Part shown: positions 20,820 through 43,466 of the stretch, piece by piece
Numbering within the stretch: the stretch's first letter is position 1
Layout: each line of letters starts with the position of its first letter
DNA from: the human T2T-CHM13v2.0 reference genome, Homo sapiens
Assembly (NCBI RefSeq): GCF_009914755.1
Contig: NC_060932.1
Reading direction: 5' to 3' (one strand)
DNA: 64,000 nucleotides
Notes under the pieces: generated by a model
Database searches by the model: none
What the model saw: the letters and a program-made list of their open reading frames with translations, nothing else
Told to the model about the DNA's origin: nothing
Translations under genes and position numbers: made by a program

Positions 20820-21221
20820 TGTCAGGCCTCTGAGCCCAAGCTAAGCCATCATATCCCCTGTGACCTGCATGTACACATCCAGATGGCCGCTTCCTGCCTT
20901 AACTGATGACATTCCACCACAAAACAAGTGAAAATGGCCTGTTCCTGCCTAAACTGATGACATTGTCTTGTGAAATTCCTTCTCCTGGCTCATCCTGGCT
21001 CAGAAGCTCCCCTACTGAGCACCTTATGACCCCCACTCCTGCCCGCCAGAGAACAACCCCGCTTTTTCCTTTACCTACCCAAATCCTATAAAACGGCCCC
21101 ACCCCTATCTCCCTTCGCTGACTCTTTTTGGACTCAGCCCACCTGTACCCAGGTGAAATAAACAGCCTTATTGCTCACACAAAGCCTGTTTGGTGGTCTC
21201 TTCACACGGACGCGCATGAAA
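20820..21221 (+). repeat. 3' LTR7 of HERV-H (poly(A) signal at 21157-21162)
   Basis: Direct repeat of 14942-15345, preceded by the polypurine tract. Confidence 0.95.
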
Positions 21222-21502
21222 GTTGGTTTGTATGAGACGGTTAAAAAGGCCAAAGATAAAAGATTTATTTATTTATTTATTTATTTATTTATCAATGAAG
21301 TTGCTGTTTATTTATTTATTTTTTTTGGCCTATTTCACAGATGTGTGAAACAATGTTGTCCAACGATGAAATGGAATTTTATTTTGCTGAGTTGTTCTAA
21401 CAACAACAGCAAAGACATCATGCATAAATCTTGTATAAGATCCACACATGGTTGCCAAGATAGGAAATACCTATGCCAATTCAATTAAGTCAAGTTAAAC
21501 AG

Positions 21503-21568
21503 AAGACGATACTTTCAGGGATCATTTCTGTAGTTTGCTACTAGAGAAGTTCCTCTAAACGTGTAGAG
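21503..21568 (+). pseudogene. 3'-truncated U3 snoRNA retro-pseudogene
   Basis: aagacgatactttcagggatcatttctgtagtttgctactagagaagttcctctaaacgtgtagag matches the first ~66 nt of U3; short A tail; TSD gttaaacag at 21494-21502 and 21577-21585. Confidence 0.92.
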
Positions 21569-21869
21569 AAAAAAATGTTAAACAGGAATACATGAAGATC
21601 ATCAAAGAATGGACCAAATGCCACAATGTCATTATCATTTTTATTCATCACCTCATTAACATGGAGAAAACCATTGCCCCTTCTGAATTCTCACGGCAGG
21701 GATTAGTTATCATGCCCTTCATACCAGGAGCTAGGCCCATGAGTAAATGTGTTCCTGGTTTAACTCTGGAAATGCTCAGACATTAGTTAAGGGACCATGG
21801 GGCACATAGCAACCTACGAGGTCTTAAATAGAAACTGCCCGTGGCTCCACCCTTTCTCTCAGCGCACAT

Positions 21870-22590
21870 TCACTCCATCAGGAAATCCCATCAGCTCTGC
21901 CGGATTCCTGGATCTTTTCACTCACCAGCTCCAGGGCCACGTGAGGGCTCTGGGTAATTTGCAGCAGTCTGTCTGCTCCGCCCTCTCCTCCAGCTCCTGC
22001 CTTTGACCCCCTGCAGTCTGTTTTGAATGCAGCAGCCAGCCACAGCTACTCTTTTCAAACGGCAGACAGATCTCATCACTCTTGTGGCTGAAAACTTTCT
22101 GGTCCTCCCATCTCACCCTTAGGAAAGCCCAAATGCTTGCAACGGCCCCCAAGGCCCTATGAGATCCACCCCCTGGACTTCTCTGACATCAAGTCCTATT
22201 ACTCCGATTGCTTGCCCCGTTTCGGCCTTCCTGGTTTCCTACTGTTCTTCCCCATGGTTGGTGCCTCTGCCAGACGCAGTGTCCCCAGGCAGCTCCCAAG
22301 GCTCTCTCACCTCCTTGCTGGGCTCTGTCCTGACCACACTTTACATCTGCAGCAGGTTTCACCCTCCAGTTTTCTCCAAACCACCCCCTACCCTTGATGC
22401 TCATTTTCCTAAAGCAATGAACATCTTTTAATTTATTTGACAACAGACTTAAGGATGTTTACTTTCTTCCTCTCCTCACTAGAATGTACAGTCCGTACAA
22501 AGAGGGATTTTTGTCTTTTTCACCAGGCCTAAAATAGTGTCTGGCTCATAAAGGGCCCATAAAAAATATGTGATGAATCAGCAAATGACT
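21870..22590. mobile_element. L2 fragment
   Basis: L2-type motifs (gcagccag...tcttttcaaa...cagatctcatcactc; ctagaatgta...agggatttttgtc). Confidence 0.65.
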
Positions 22591-22810
22591 AGATGCCTAA
22601 CACTTGTTTTGCAAACCACACACTAGTTAACAACTGTGATTTCTAAACTTGGACCGCAAAAGTGATTGGGTCTGTGAGCTACGTGCTGGGTCATCTAGGT
22701 GGCGATTGGAGTTGTTGCCAGTCCCTAGTGCGTTTCATTCTGCAATTACAAGTTGTGTGAGGCAGCACAGCCCAGAGTTGGGCAAAGCACCTGAAAAAAA
22801 TTAGTGGCTA

Positions 22811-23364
<554 letters not shown>

Positions 23365-24092
23365 TTACATCAAAAGTAATCAGGGAAGTATTTATCAAAT
23401 CAATACAACAATTTTCCAGCTACTACATTGGTAAAGGTTTTTAAAAACTATAATAGTGCTGGCAAAGGAACGAAAAAAATGCACTTTAGACTTTGCCCTT
23501 TAGAAAACCGAGCCCTTTGCGAAGTTATTTCGAAAATGGGCCAAAAGCCTTAAGATGTTGAGGAATTCATTTGTGGGAATTTACCTTAAATGTGGAAACA
23601 TCTTTTTTGGACAAATATTTTACTTACAGATGCATTTATAAAAGCCAAACTTGAAAACAACCTGCATGACTGGCCATAAGAACATGGTTAAGCAAACTAT
23701 ACACGGCTCATCAACTCGATTCTGTTTTAGGGACTCACTAATAGTTTAACAACGTGGGCAAGTCCTAATATGATGCTGTATAACCCCTTACCCCAACAGA
23801 TAAGGGGAAAAGGCAGGTCAAATCACAACAGAGGTAGGAGCAGGACAGAGCTGTGCTCCTGCATTCTCTGACTTCAGGGAGTGCCCCATCCAGCTGATCC
23901 CAAATCCGCAGAGACAGTGTCTTCCACTTCCAGCGGAGCTGGGGATCACAGCTCCAAGGCCCAGAAACCTTTCCATTTCCAAACTCTTCTTCACGATGTC
24001 TCCTCGAAGCTCCAGGAACCCATAGCACATAGGCACCCTGTGAGATCCCAGAGCTTCTGAGGGATGTGTATGAATTAGGATCCAAGTAACAA

Positions 24093-25710
24093 TGTTGGAG
24101 CTCAGAAAGTGATGCCCCAAAGTGAAGGCTTAGGAGTGAAGTTTCTCTCTGACCTTCCCCTGCCTTTCTGTCTCTTGCCCCTCATTTTTCCCTGAGGCAA
24201 GCCACAGAAACTAGTATTCCTCTTCCCCAAGGTAGGTCATAGAAACCAGAACCCCTTTCCCTCAAAGCTAGCTATAAAGCTTAAAAATATTCCTCCCGGG
24301 CACAGTGGCTCATGCCTGTAATCCCAGGGTTTTGGGAAGCTGAGAAGGGAGAGGATCACTTGAGGCCAATTCAAGACCAGCCTGGCCAACATGGCAAAAC
24401 CCCATCTGTACTAAAAATACAAAAAATTAGCCAGGCATGGTGGCGGGTGCCTGTAATCCCAGCTACTCAGGAGGTTGAGGCACCAGAATGGCTTGAACCA
24501 GGGAGGCAGAGGTTGCAGTGAGCCGAGATCGCACCACTGCCCTCCAGTCTAGGCGACAACAACAAAATATTACTCTCACCTTCCCCCACCTGTCAATGTA
24601 TCAGCCGGCCATAAATAAAGACCCTCATTCCAGAGGGGTCCTGCCCTACACCAAGGAAGAAGAAATGCTGCAAACGAGAGGCCAAGAAGAATCTGAACAG
24701 GCAAGCCTGGCTAGGTTTCCCCATTCCGTTTATTACCATCAGTTCTGTTAAGTCAAGTTTGGCTTAAAGCTCTCTCCTTACATATTTTAAGTTTGACCTA
24801 AAGCACATCATGAACTATAACCTCAATGGAGTTGTAAATAGACTGTAGTCTTCTCTTGTGCCAATCACTGAGTTTTGGCCAATCAAATGTGGCCAACTGT
24901 TTAAATTGCATTCAAATAACGCAAACACTAACCTATACCCAATCTGCCTGTTTCTGTGCCTCACTTCCGTTTTCTGTATGTCACTCTCTTTTTTCTGTCC
25001 ACAAATCTTCCACCACGGGGCTGTGCTGGCATCTCTGAGCCTACTCTGGCTCAGGCAGCTGCTGATTCGCGAATTGTTGTTTACTCAATTAAACTCTGTT
25101 AAATGTAATTCAGCTGAAGTTTTTCTTTTAACAGTTCATACCCTTTTTGTCCAATCACATTTCTATTTATTATGTGTTGATTTTATTTATTTATTGTTTA
25201 TTTTTGAGACAGAGTCTTGCTTTGTCACCCAGGCTGGAGTGCAATGGCACGATCTCTGCCCACTGCAGCCTTGACACCCTGGGTTCAACCGAGTCTCCTG
25301 TCTCAGCCTCCTGACTAGCTGGGATTACAGGTGCCTGCCGCCACTGCGCCTGGCTAATTTTTGTATTTTTAGTAGAAATGGGGTTTTGTCATGTTGGCCA
25401 GCCTGATCTCAAACTCTTGGCCTCAAGTGATCTGCCCCCCTTGGCCTCCCAAAGTGCTGGGATCACAGGCGTGGGCCATGGTGCCTGGCCCAATCACGTT
25501 TCTACGTGGCTGTCCCTGCTTCCTTGAACCTAAATGTAAACACGGATAGTTTACTCTGGGTCTTTGGGTCTTTATCCTGAAGCCTCCTGTGCCACATAAA
25601 ACTAGAATCAAATAAATTTGTTGTGCTTTTTTCCTGTCTTTTGTTGTAGGGGTGTCAGCCGTGAGCCTTACGATGGGGAGGAAAGGGATCATCCCCTTTC
25701 TGTCGCTACA
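24093..25710 (+). mobile_element. MER39-like solo LTR carrying three nested insertions: Alu(+) 24296-24565, MER57-like solo LTR 24746-25133 and Alu(-) 25183-25489
   Basis: Outer TGTTGGAGCTCAGAAA...CTACA; inner TGTTAA...TTAACA with a 4-bp GTTC TSD. Confidence 0.75.
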
Positions 25711-26329
25711 ATCCTCACTCCAATTACATAAAGAATAGAAACAAAAATGTAAGAAGTATAAAAAAGAGAAGAAATGTATTTGTAGAAAAGGAAAGCTGAA
25801 TCCTACAAAAAAGTGCAGCCGAATAGGACGAAGTGGGTACATAACTGATGTATTTTGATGGGGATAATTTTGCCCTCACAACTGTTTTCTAATGGGAGCC
25901 TGCCATGAGTCCAAAATAGGTTATTTAAAATGTGCTCTAAAACACCATTCCCACTACAATTTATATCACCTTTAATGTATGCAATCCCCTGATGTTGCTT
26001 TTCCATGGTAAAAGAGTTGGACCATCTCTGGGGAATTTCAGCAGAATAAATCACAAATCTGGTCAACTTCATATGTGAATGTGGAAATGGGAGTTCTAGC
26101 CTATCAGGCCTTAGAACTTTGAATGCCACAGGGTGTTGTTTACCCCCCTATCACAGACATATTTCCTTTCACTTCCAAACAACCTGTTGAAAACCACCAA
26201 AGAGAGGAAGAAAGCAGAGAAAGAGAATACTATACTCTGTTATCAATGATTTGAACGTGGTTCTCTGGAGGCAATAGAGGACTTGGCTGCTTTTCAGAAG
26301 AGAATTCTTACAATCAGTTCCTCCAAAGT

Positions 26330-27436
<1,107 letters not shown>

Positions 27437-28462
27437 GTTCTGAAATGTGTTTTCTGGGTAAATCTCTTGATTGCAGTTTCCCTAAATGTATCCTGAAGTT
27501 AACATATTTAACCTCCTTGCCAACTGTGCCCCAGTTCTGTGTGCAAAAGATGTCCCTTCATACGTGTGCACCTAGCATGTTCCTTGATTCGTTCACGGGT
27601 AATAGTGGTATATGCTGCTTACCCAGAATGCTGCTGGTGTCAGTGACGGTACCTTGCCAGAATCCCAGAGACTCAGTGCTCTAGGCGAGTTCAACCAATC
27701 AGCACCAGAATAGGAGGTGACTGTTCTCAAACTAGTGGAGTTTGTCCAGTTCTTTTGGTAGCAAGAGACGCCTGACTCAATTTTGCTTAAAGGGGATTTA
27801 TTGGAAAAAAAAAAAGTATATCTAGTCCTTTCCATGGACACGGAAGAATGGAAGAAAGCAGAGAAATAGAACACAGAGAGAGACAAAAACACTGCCAGGA
27901 AGTGTACTAGGAGCAGTAGCTGAAACTCACAGAAAACGTCCCATAGAGGATAAGCCCCAAGTTTCAGCCTTGGGCAGACCCGTGTAATAAGAGCTAACAC
28001 AAATAGGGTCAGTACAATAACGGCTAACATTTACTGAAGGGTTATTATTCACTAAACACTATTTTAAGCACTTTATAAACATTAATTCTTTCATTTCTCA
28101 CTACGACCCTATGAGATCTGGGCTGGCATGCCCCCGTTTAACAGAGCAAGGTCACTTATTTTGTGGCATGGCATCTGAGCCTGGGCTCTCAATCCTTACA
28201 CCATACTCACTCTCTAAGGATGGCTACAAAACGACTCTGCAGCTACAGTCTGAAGTTTAAGCAATTATAGTCCAAATGACTGAAAATTCTCATAAGTGAG
28301 TGCATTCGCCTGAGAAAAGGAAGTGATCATTCAAACTCATAATCAAGGAAAATGTATAACTACATAGGACACTTACAAAGATCTAAACATACAAACTCAG
28401 AAAAACAAAAGAAGTGGTTCTAGGCAGGACCAAGAGGAAGGCGTTTCCCTTAGTCGTGCTTC

Positions 28463-36400
<7,938 letters not shown>

Positions 36401-37233
36401 AAAATAATATCTCCAATAAACAACACAATTATGGATAGTGTGTCACTGGACTGAACTTTAAAAAAGCTTCCAAAATTGCCCAACCTCTCATGGAATACCA
36501 AATACATAATAATTTTCTAGAACTATCTATTTAAAAGTTTCTACCAAAGTGAGTCTAGGCCTATTTGCATCTCATCTGCCTATCATGGATGATGAAAAGA
36601 TTTCTCCACAATTGTCTCCATCTTCCATAAGAGATGTTCCTGAACTCCAAAGAACCACCACTTCCTCTGAGCTCTTTGATTTAGGCCTGGCCTCTACATG
36701 CTTGGGTGAAGAATGTAAAAAGTAAGACAGAATGATGGGGTCCAGGCACAGCTCTGATTATTCATAATTGAGTCACAAAAGCGTCACAAAAGCTGGGCTT
36801 GAAACTGGGTGGTTGGGGGAGGGTGCTGCATACACAGGTTTCACCTACATATCTGAGCCACACAAAAACACACTCATTGCTTGTCTTAAAGGTGGGAGTT
36901 TCAAGAAGACACAAGTGTTTTGAAGGATGTCAGAAATGGTTTGCATCAATTATACACGAAGAAGTAGAATAACACCTTAAAAATAAATCCGAATTATGTA
37001 CCCCTTCCACAGTCAAGCATGGTTCCAAGGCCAGAAACCTAAAGAGATGCCCTTAGACGTAAGAGTAGAATCAAACACAATCTATTCCAACAGCAGAAAT
37101 GAAGTGTCTACTGCCAGGAAGTGCAGCCACACCTTTCTTCTCCAGATCCTTGCAGACTGCAGAGCATGTGCCGGGGGACATACGGCACTGCGCGTGGGAG
37201 CATGCAGGGTAACTGACTGAAGCAGGTGCACGT

Positions 37234-37428
37234 GTAGGTTGAGCATCCCTTCTCTGAAATGCTAGGGACCAGAAATGTTTCAGATTTTGAATCTTCTCAG
37301 ATCTTGGAATATCCGTATTATATTGATATTTATTCGTTGAGCATCACTAATCCGAAATCATGACAACACTCAAAAAGCTTCAGATTTTGGATCGTTTCTG
37401 ATTCTCGCACTAGGGATGCTCAACCTGT
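37234..37428. mobile_element. Tigger4/MER46 (Zombi) MITE
   Basis: Terminal inverted repeats aggttgagcatccct ... agggatgctcaacct. Confidence 0.85.
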
Positions 37429-37974
37429 GTTACCTCCTCAAAGCATAACACTTCCCTCCAGTTTTGTTAGCTAACTTTCATTCTGGACACAAGGACCCAT
37501 CGCATCTAGGCTTCCTCCAGGGCCACAAAGCCCCAGAAGGCCTGCGGTGTGACAAATGACGCTACCTCCTCAAAGAACAGGGAACTGGCAGATTTGAGTA
37601 TAATGGGAGGGTGTTCCCTGACTTGAGTGACACAAGAGTAGGCTGTGTGTGTGTTGGAGGCGGGAGAGGGCGTAGCAGTTGAGGAAATAAGCATCTGTTT
37701 GTTTCTTAATGTATAAAATTTAAAACGCTGGTGACACCTATGAAATACTCAAGAAATTGGATCTCAAAAGAGAGATCAGGGCAATAGATTTTAGGAACCT
37801 TTTGCAGAGAAGGGATAGTTGAAATCTTGTGTGCCACAGAGAGAAATTATCGCAAAGGGAGGACCAAGGACACAGCGTACAAAACATACGCTGGGTGAGG
37901 CATTCTGGCAATGCAGCCTCCAAGTTCCTTCTCTTTTCTGTGCAGACATTTCTCTTGGCCTTGAGGAATTCCTA

Positions 37975-38745
<771 letters not shown>

Positions 38746-41415
38746 TCAACACACCTGATTTTTAAAAGCTCCCCCTCCTACTCTCCTACCTTCCTTGTAT
38801 TCTCTCTTGGGAGAATACAAGGAAGTTGCCTGTAGTAAGGAATGTAGGATTTAACATAAATTTTACGACTTAAGGTTTCTTTGTATTTTACTTGTTTCTC
38901 CTGAATTTCCAGAATCATCCCTAATATGTTGTTGCTTGGAATTCCCACATTTTTCTCACCAGACACACAGAATGAACAAAAGTCATGCTCATTGTTCCCC
39001 CACTGTACTCTTCATGCGTTTTAGGCAGGCGAGCAGAAGTGCAGCGTAATCGCTGAAACACTCAGCGGAGCAAGTGCCTGGGGGCTCAGCTGTCTGCACT
39101 GAAAACGGTCTCATTACGCTATACCTTGTATGCATGCAATTTCAGCATGGCCCAGGACTGAGTAAGCACTAGACCGAGGTGGGAATAATGCTAACCCAGG
39201 TGTTACTGACTTTATCTAAAGGAACTCAAAAGGCTTGGTGCTGGCGGGCTGATGGAGAGGCTTCTTGACAATGAGGCAGGGGCAGGTTTGTGCTCCACTC
39301 TCCTTACAAAAGTCTAAGTTCGTTTTGTCAGCGCTAAGGAAGTCCTAAACAAGAACCTTATCAAATGTGAACTAACACACACCCCCCCACACACACACAC
39401 TATATTACTGATGAAAACATTTTATTAACATACAAAAATAACAGAAATTTTCAACACTGGACCAGAGGTCTTCATGTGGGATATGTCTAACCCTAGGGCC
39501 ACCTTGAAACCTTCTAAGGGGTGCCTCAGCAAGGGTAATTTTACAGGATGACCTAATTAATTTGGAATTTAAGGTAATTCTGAGCTTTCATACAGCCCTC
39601 TAACAAAAGCAAAACCGTGGCATCCACACTATTTCTTCCGTTCTACAAAACAAAGACACCACTCACCTTCCCAGCTCACTTGGCACTGCTGCCCCAAGGC
39701 GTTAGCGAACACAGAGAACAAAGCAGAAGCCTCCTACCACCCGGAAAGTCTCAAGTCAGCTTAAGGCCTTAGGGCTTTGTGACTTTCCCCGTTCTAAACT
39801 TCCGTAAAAGGGGATTTAGAAATGGGGATGTTTGGGGACTTGTTAGGATATTCAAAATGTGAATATGTGGTAAAGTGAAAGTAATGATTTTTATTGAACA
39901 AATTGGCCACTTCCCTCTCCAAGACTCCTGTCAAGAAATAAATCACTCTTGGTGGAGGCCCCAACAGCAAAAAGCAGCAAGCATCGGTGAGAAATACTGA
40001 CTGCTACAAACAGCTGTTCTTCTAAGTTACTTTTTCAACTATTTAAAAACTCATCCACAGAACAATCATTGACTGGAAGGAAAAATACCCTTGGACAGTC
40101 AAAACAAAAAGAGTTTAGTGATGCTGAATATTTTAATTGTACTTGGAATAATTTTCAGGACTATCAGAATTTTCATGAGGCACTGAATAAAACCTATAGA
40201 CAAAACTGCTCACAAAAAATGAAAAAAACTGACCACAATCATTTTGTGAAATATTTACTCCAAATACAGTCAAATATGAATCTACTTCATCTTATGAAAT
40301 GGGAAATATTTACTACCTCTTAACAGAAAATAAATTAGGTTCTAGATATCTGCCAGTTAGTTTTTAGCAGGATAACATTCTATAGGAAAAGCGTAATCCT
40401 AGTAAAAGTTAATATTATTAACACTAAAGAATTTTATTTGATTCTTAATTCTGCCAAAAGCCAAATACCTTAGTTCAATATACGTACACACCTATATTGA
40501 AAGAATATCTTGCCTTTCATCAACCTAACTTGCTTCCTAAATAACTTGTTTTTGCCACAGATGACTGCGACTTGTTATAAGTTAAATAAGGGAAATTTTA
40601 AATCTTGACTGTTTTCACTAATCATTTACAAAAGGTGTTCTGTGATGGTTTTTAATGATTTTTGTATGTTCAAAATTCAGTAACACAACCTGAATTTTCA
40701 AGCCAGACCTTTTTCTGACAAAGTCAGTCTGATTTGATTCATGACATGGATATTTTGCTTGATTTCATTATATGATGAACATGTATCATGAAATGAATGA
40801 CTAAATCTGTAGCTCCAAGGTTTTGACGAAACATATAATAAAAATATATTTAAAGCACTAACTGTGCCAAGAGTATTATATCCTAAAAGGTGTTTTGAAA
40901 GTAACAGGTTGGATTTTCCCAACCCTTTATGAATATACTGAAATAAAGGTTTTCTAGGTTAAAGAGTAACAGGTATAATGAATAATTATTTGATAGTCTT
41001 GGTAAAGCCCTTTGGGTTTACATCCCCAAATATAAGAACGAGTAAATTCTAAGTAAACACTTCTAAAAGTTAGGCACCTTTCAAAAATTCTGTTTTCAAC
41101 AAAAATAAACAAGAAACTAATCATGCTGTCAGCTGAAGAATGATTTATCATCACAGATCACAATGTGATTTTTGTCACGGAAATTAAAGAACTGAGTAAA
41201 AGCCTTTCAGGTAAAGCTATAGAATTGATGCTGGACCCCCTTTCATTCTAGCAATGTCATATTAATCCAGATATATAAACTAATTGTAAAAACATTATCT
41301 CATTAAAGTATTTCCAAAAATTTTAATATATTTACATCTTGATCCATTATGCAAATGACTGAGTAAATATAGAAGAAACTTCACACATCCTTACGGTCAC
41401 AATAAATAGATCTCC

Positions 41416-41862
41416 GTGCAATGTAGCCTCCACCTGCTGGGCTCAAGCAATCCTCCCAAGTCAGCCCCCCAAGTAGATGGGACTACAGGCTTGTGCCACC
41501 ACGCCCAGCTAAGTTTTGAATTTTTTGTAGAAACAGGGTTTCACCATGTTGCCCAAGCTGGTCCAGAACTGAGCTCAAGCAATCCACCCACCTCAGCCTC
41601 CCAAAGTGTTAGGATTACAGGCATGTGCCACTGCACTCAGCCATATATAATTTTAAATGTATATACACTTGTTACAAAGATGTATGATAGTATGATCAAT
41701 GACTTTCAGGCAGAAAAATACAGAGTAAAACCTGATGACAAGCTATAACATGAAAACTGGATGTGAATGTGGTGTCTCCCTCTCTCAAAATATCTTGTTA
41801 CTGCACCTTGGGTAACTGAAACTATGGAAAGCAAAACCACGGATAAGAGGGGACTACTGTAT
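41416..41862. mobile_element. Truncated Alu(-) 41416-41642 and a Tigger3/MER8 terminal fragment ~41800-41862
   Basis: Alu match; gggtaactgaaactatggaaagcaaaaccacggataagaggggactactgta. Confidence 0.75.
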
Positions 41863-43466
41863 TACATTAGAATAAAACCTTGTGGGAGAACTGCACCAAA
41901 AATAGAAGTTCCAGGAGAAAGAGGAATTTTAAAAGCCTTTATGTATTTTCTATGCAGATGATGGTACTAAATTTCTATGGTATGGAGACTCCACTGATTA
42001 TATAATGAAGCCTGTTTTGTTTTAAATGTCAATATTTATACTATGAACTTAGGAATAGCTTTAAATGTGCAAATAGGTACAGTTTCCTTTTCAAACAATT
42101 TTTTTCAAGTATTAGGGAGTACTTGTGCAAAAAAGTTTGAAAAATCAGTGCTCAACACAGAGGAAAGGCAACCAATGACCTTTTTCAAGGCCAAAGATAC
42201 TTGGAGCAGATTTTTTTTTTTTTTTTTAAATCAGCAATGTACAGACTGAACTACTAGGAAGGACAGCTTAACATTTGTTTGCTTTTCCTGGCACCTAGGG
42301 GGAAAGTCAAGCATAGACAGGGATTAAACATTTCTACTCGAGACAGAGCCTCTAAAAATTTATTTATGGTGCACAGTAAAAGGAAAGGGGATAGCTCCTA
42401 TCTGTAACTCTGCCAAAACAGTAACTCATTCATCACGGCAGTCAGGACTTACGCTACCTTTTGCAATTTCACGAACAGGTACTAACCTTACAAGATACAT
42501 TTTACCATCACTAATTATTTTTAACTAAGCACCCATTGTGTCTTAGGTTCTTGAGATACAAGTAAGAACCTGTGCCTGAATAATTTACACTCCTGTTGGG
42601 GAAACAGAAAAAAAAAAAACCCAACAATACAGTACATATGAATCTCTGCAGCACAAATGAAGGGCCCAATGAATGTAACAAAAGTGCAATGAACAAATAG
42701 AGGGAGTTGTTGCCAAAGGTCCGGGCTGTCTGGGAAGAAGGCTGAAATCACAGCAGGTCTTTAACAAAACAGAATCAAGAGAATAAGACTGATGGGCTAA
42801 CTTCCTGGGGACAGAAGTAGGATGGTGCACATGCGACTCAACGCGAGTGTGATGGTGAGGGGAGTAACTATTACCCCAGAGCAGATGGTTACTGTAAAAG
42901 TTGGCAGACAGAAATCAGACTGTGAAGGGTCTTATATGCCAACAGAGAGCTGAGTTTTATCCCATCAGAAATGTGAAGGTTTCTGAGATCAGTGTGCAAA
43001 GCAACATTTTAGGAAGGTTTTTTATGACAGTGGTATACAGGAAGAGACAGCAAGAGAGAAGTCTGTTAAATTTTAGCAATAGTCTGTGTAGCAATGATGA
43101 TAACAGAGGCTGGGGTGAGGATAAAGTGACTGGACAATAAAGGACATTGTGCTAAAAGGGGGAGGGAGGGACTATGAGTTTCATGGTTTCAATCCTATGT
43201 GACTGTGATAATCATGGTCCCACTGACAAAAATAAATCCAAAGGGAAAACAGGTCTATGTTCAAAGGTGCAGAGTCGGCAAGCAAGAATGGACACTTCAA
43301 GGGGAAGGCTCAATCGCTGCCCTCCATCAATCTGCCATCACCAGTGATGGTGTGCCACACTACATTAGCAAACAGAAAATCACAACCTTGCTCCTCTTTT
43401 GTTCTTTTACTCAATAGAAAAAAAAAATGACTTGTATTCTAAACTTGCTCTTGATCATACTATATA

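Larger units (their letters stand above)
14942..21221 (+). mobile_element. HERV-H provirus, ~6.3 kb, the common pol/env-deleted type with two LTR7
   Basis: LTRs TGTCAGGCC...CATGAAA at both ends; 5-bp TSD GTTGG (14937-14941, 21222-21226); PBS-His; polypurine tract aagaagacaggaa at 20807-20819; gag, pro and pol remnants. Confidence 0.98.

Noticed and set aside
21264-21325. (ATTT)n as an AU-rich regulatory element
   Set aside because: A microsatellite expansion of the PTMA 3' UTR T-tract in a pseudogene.
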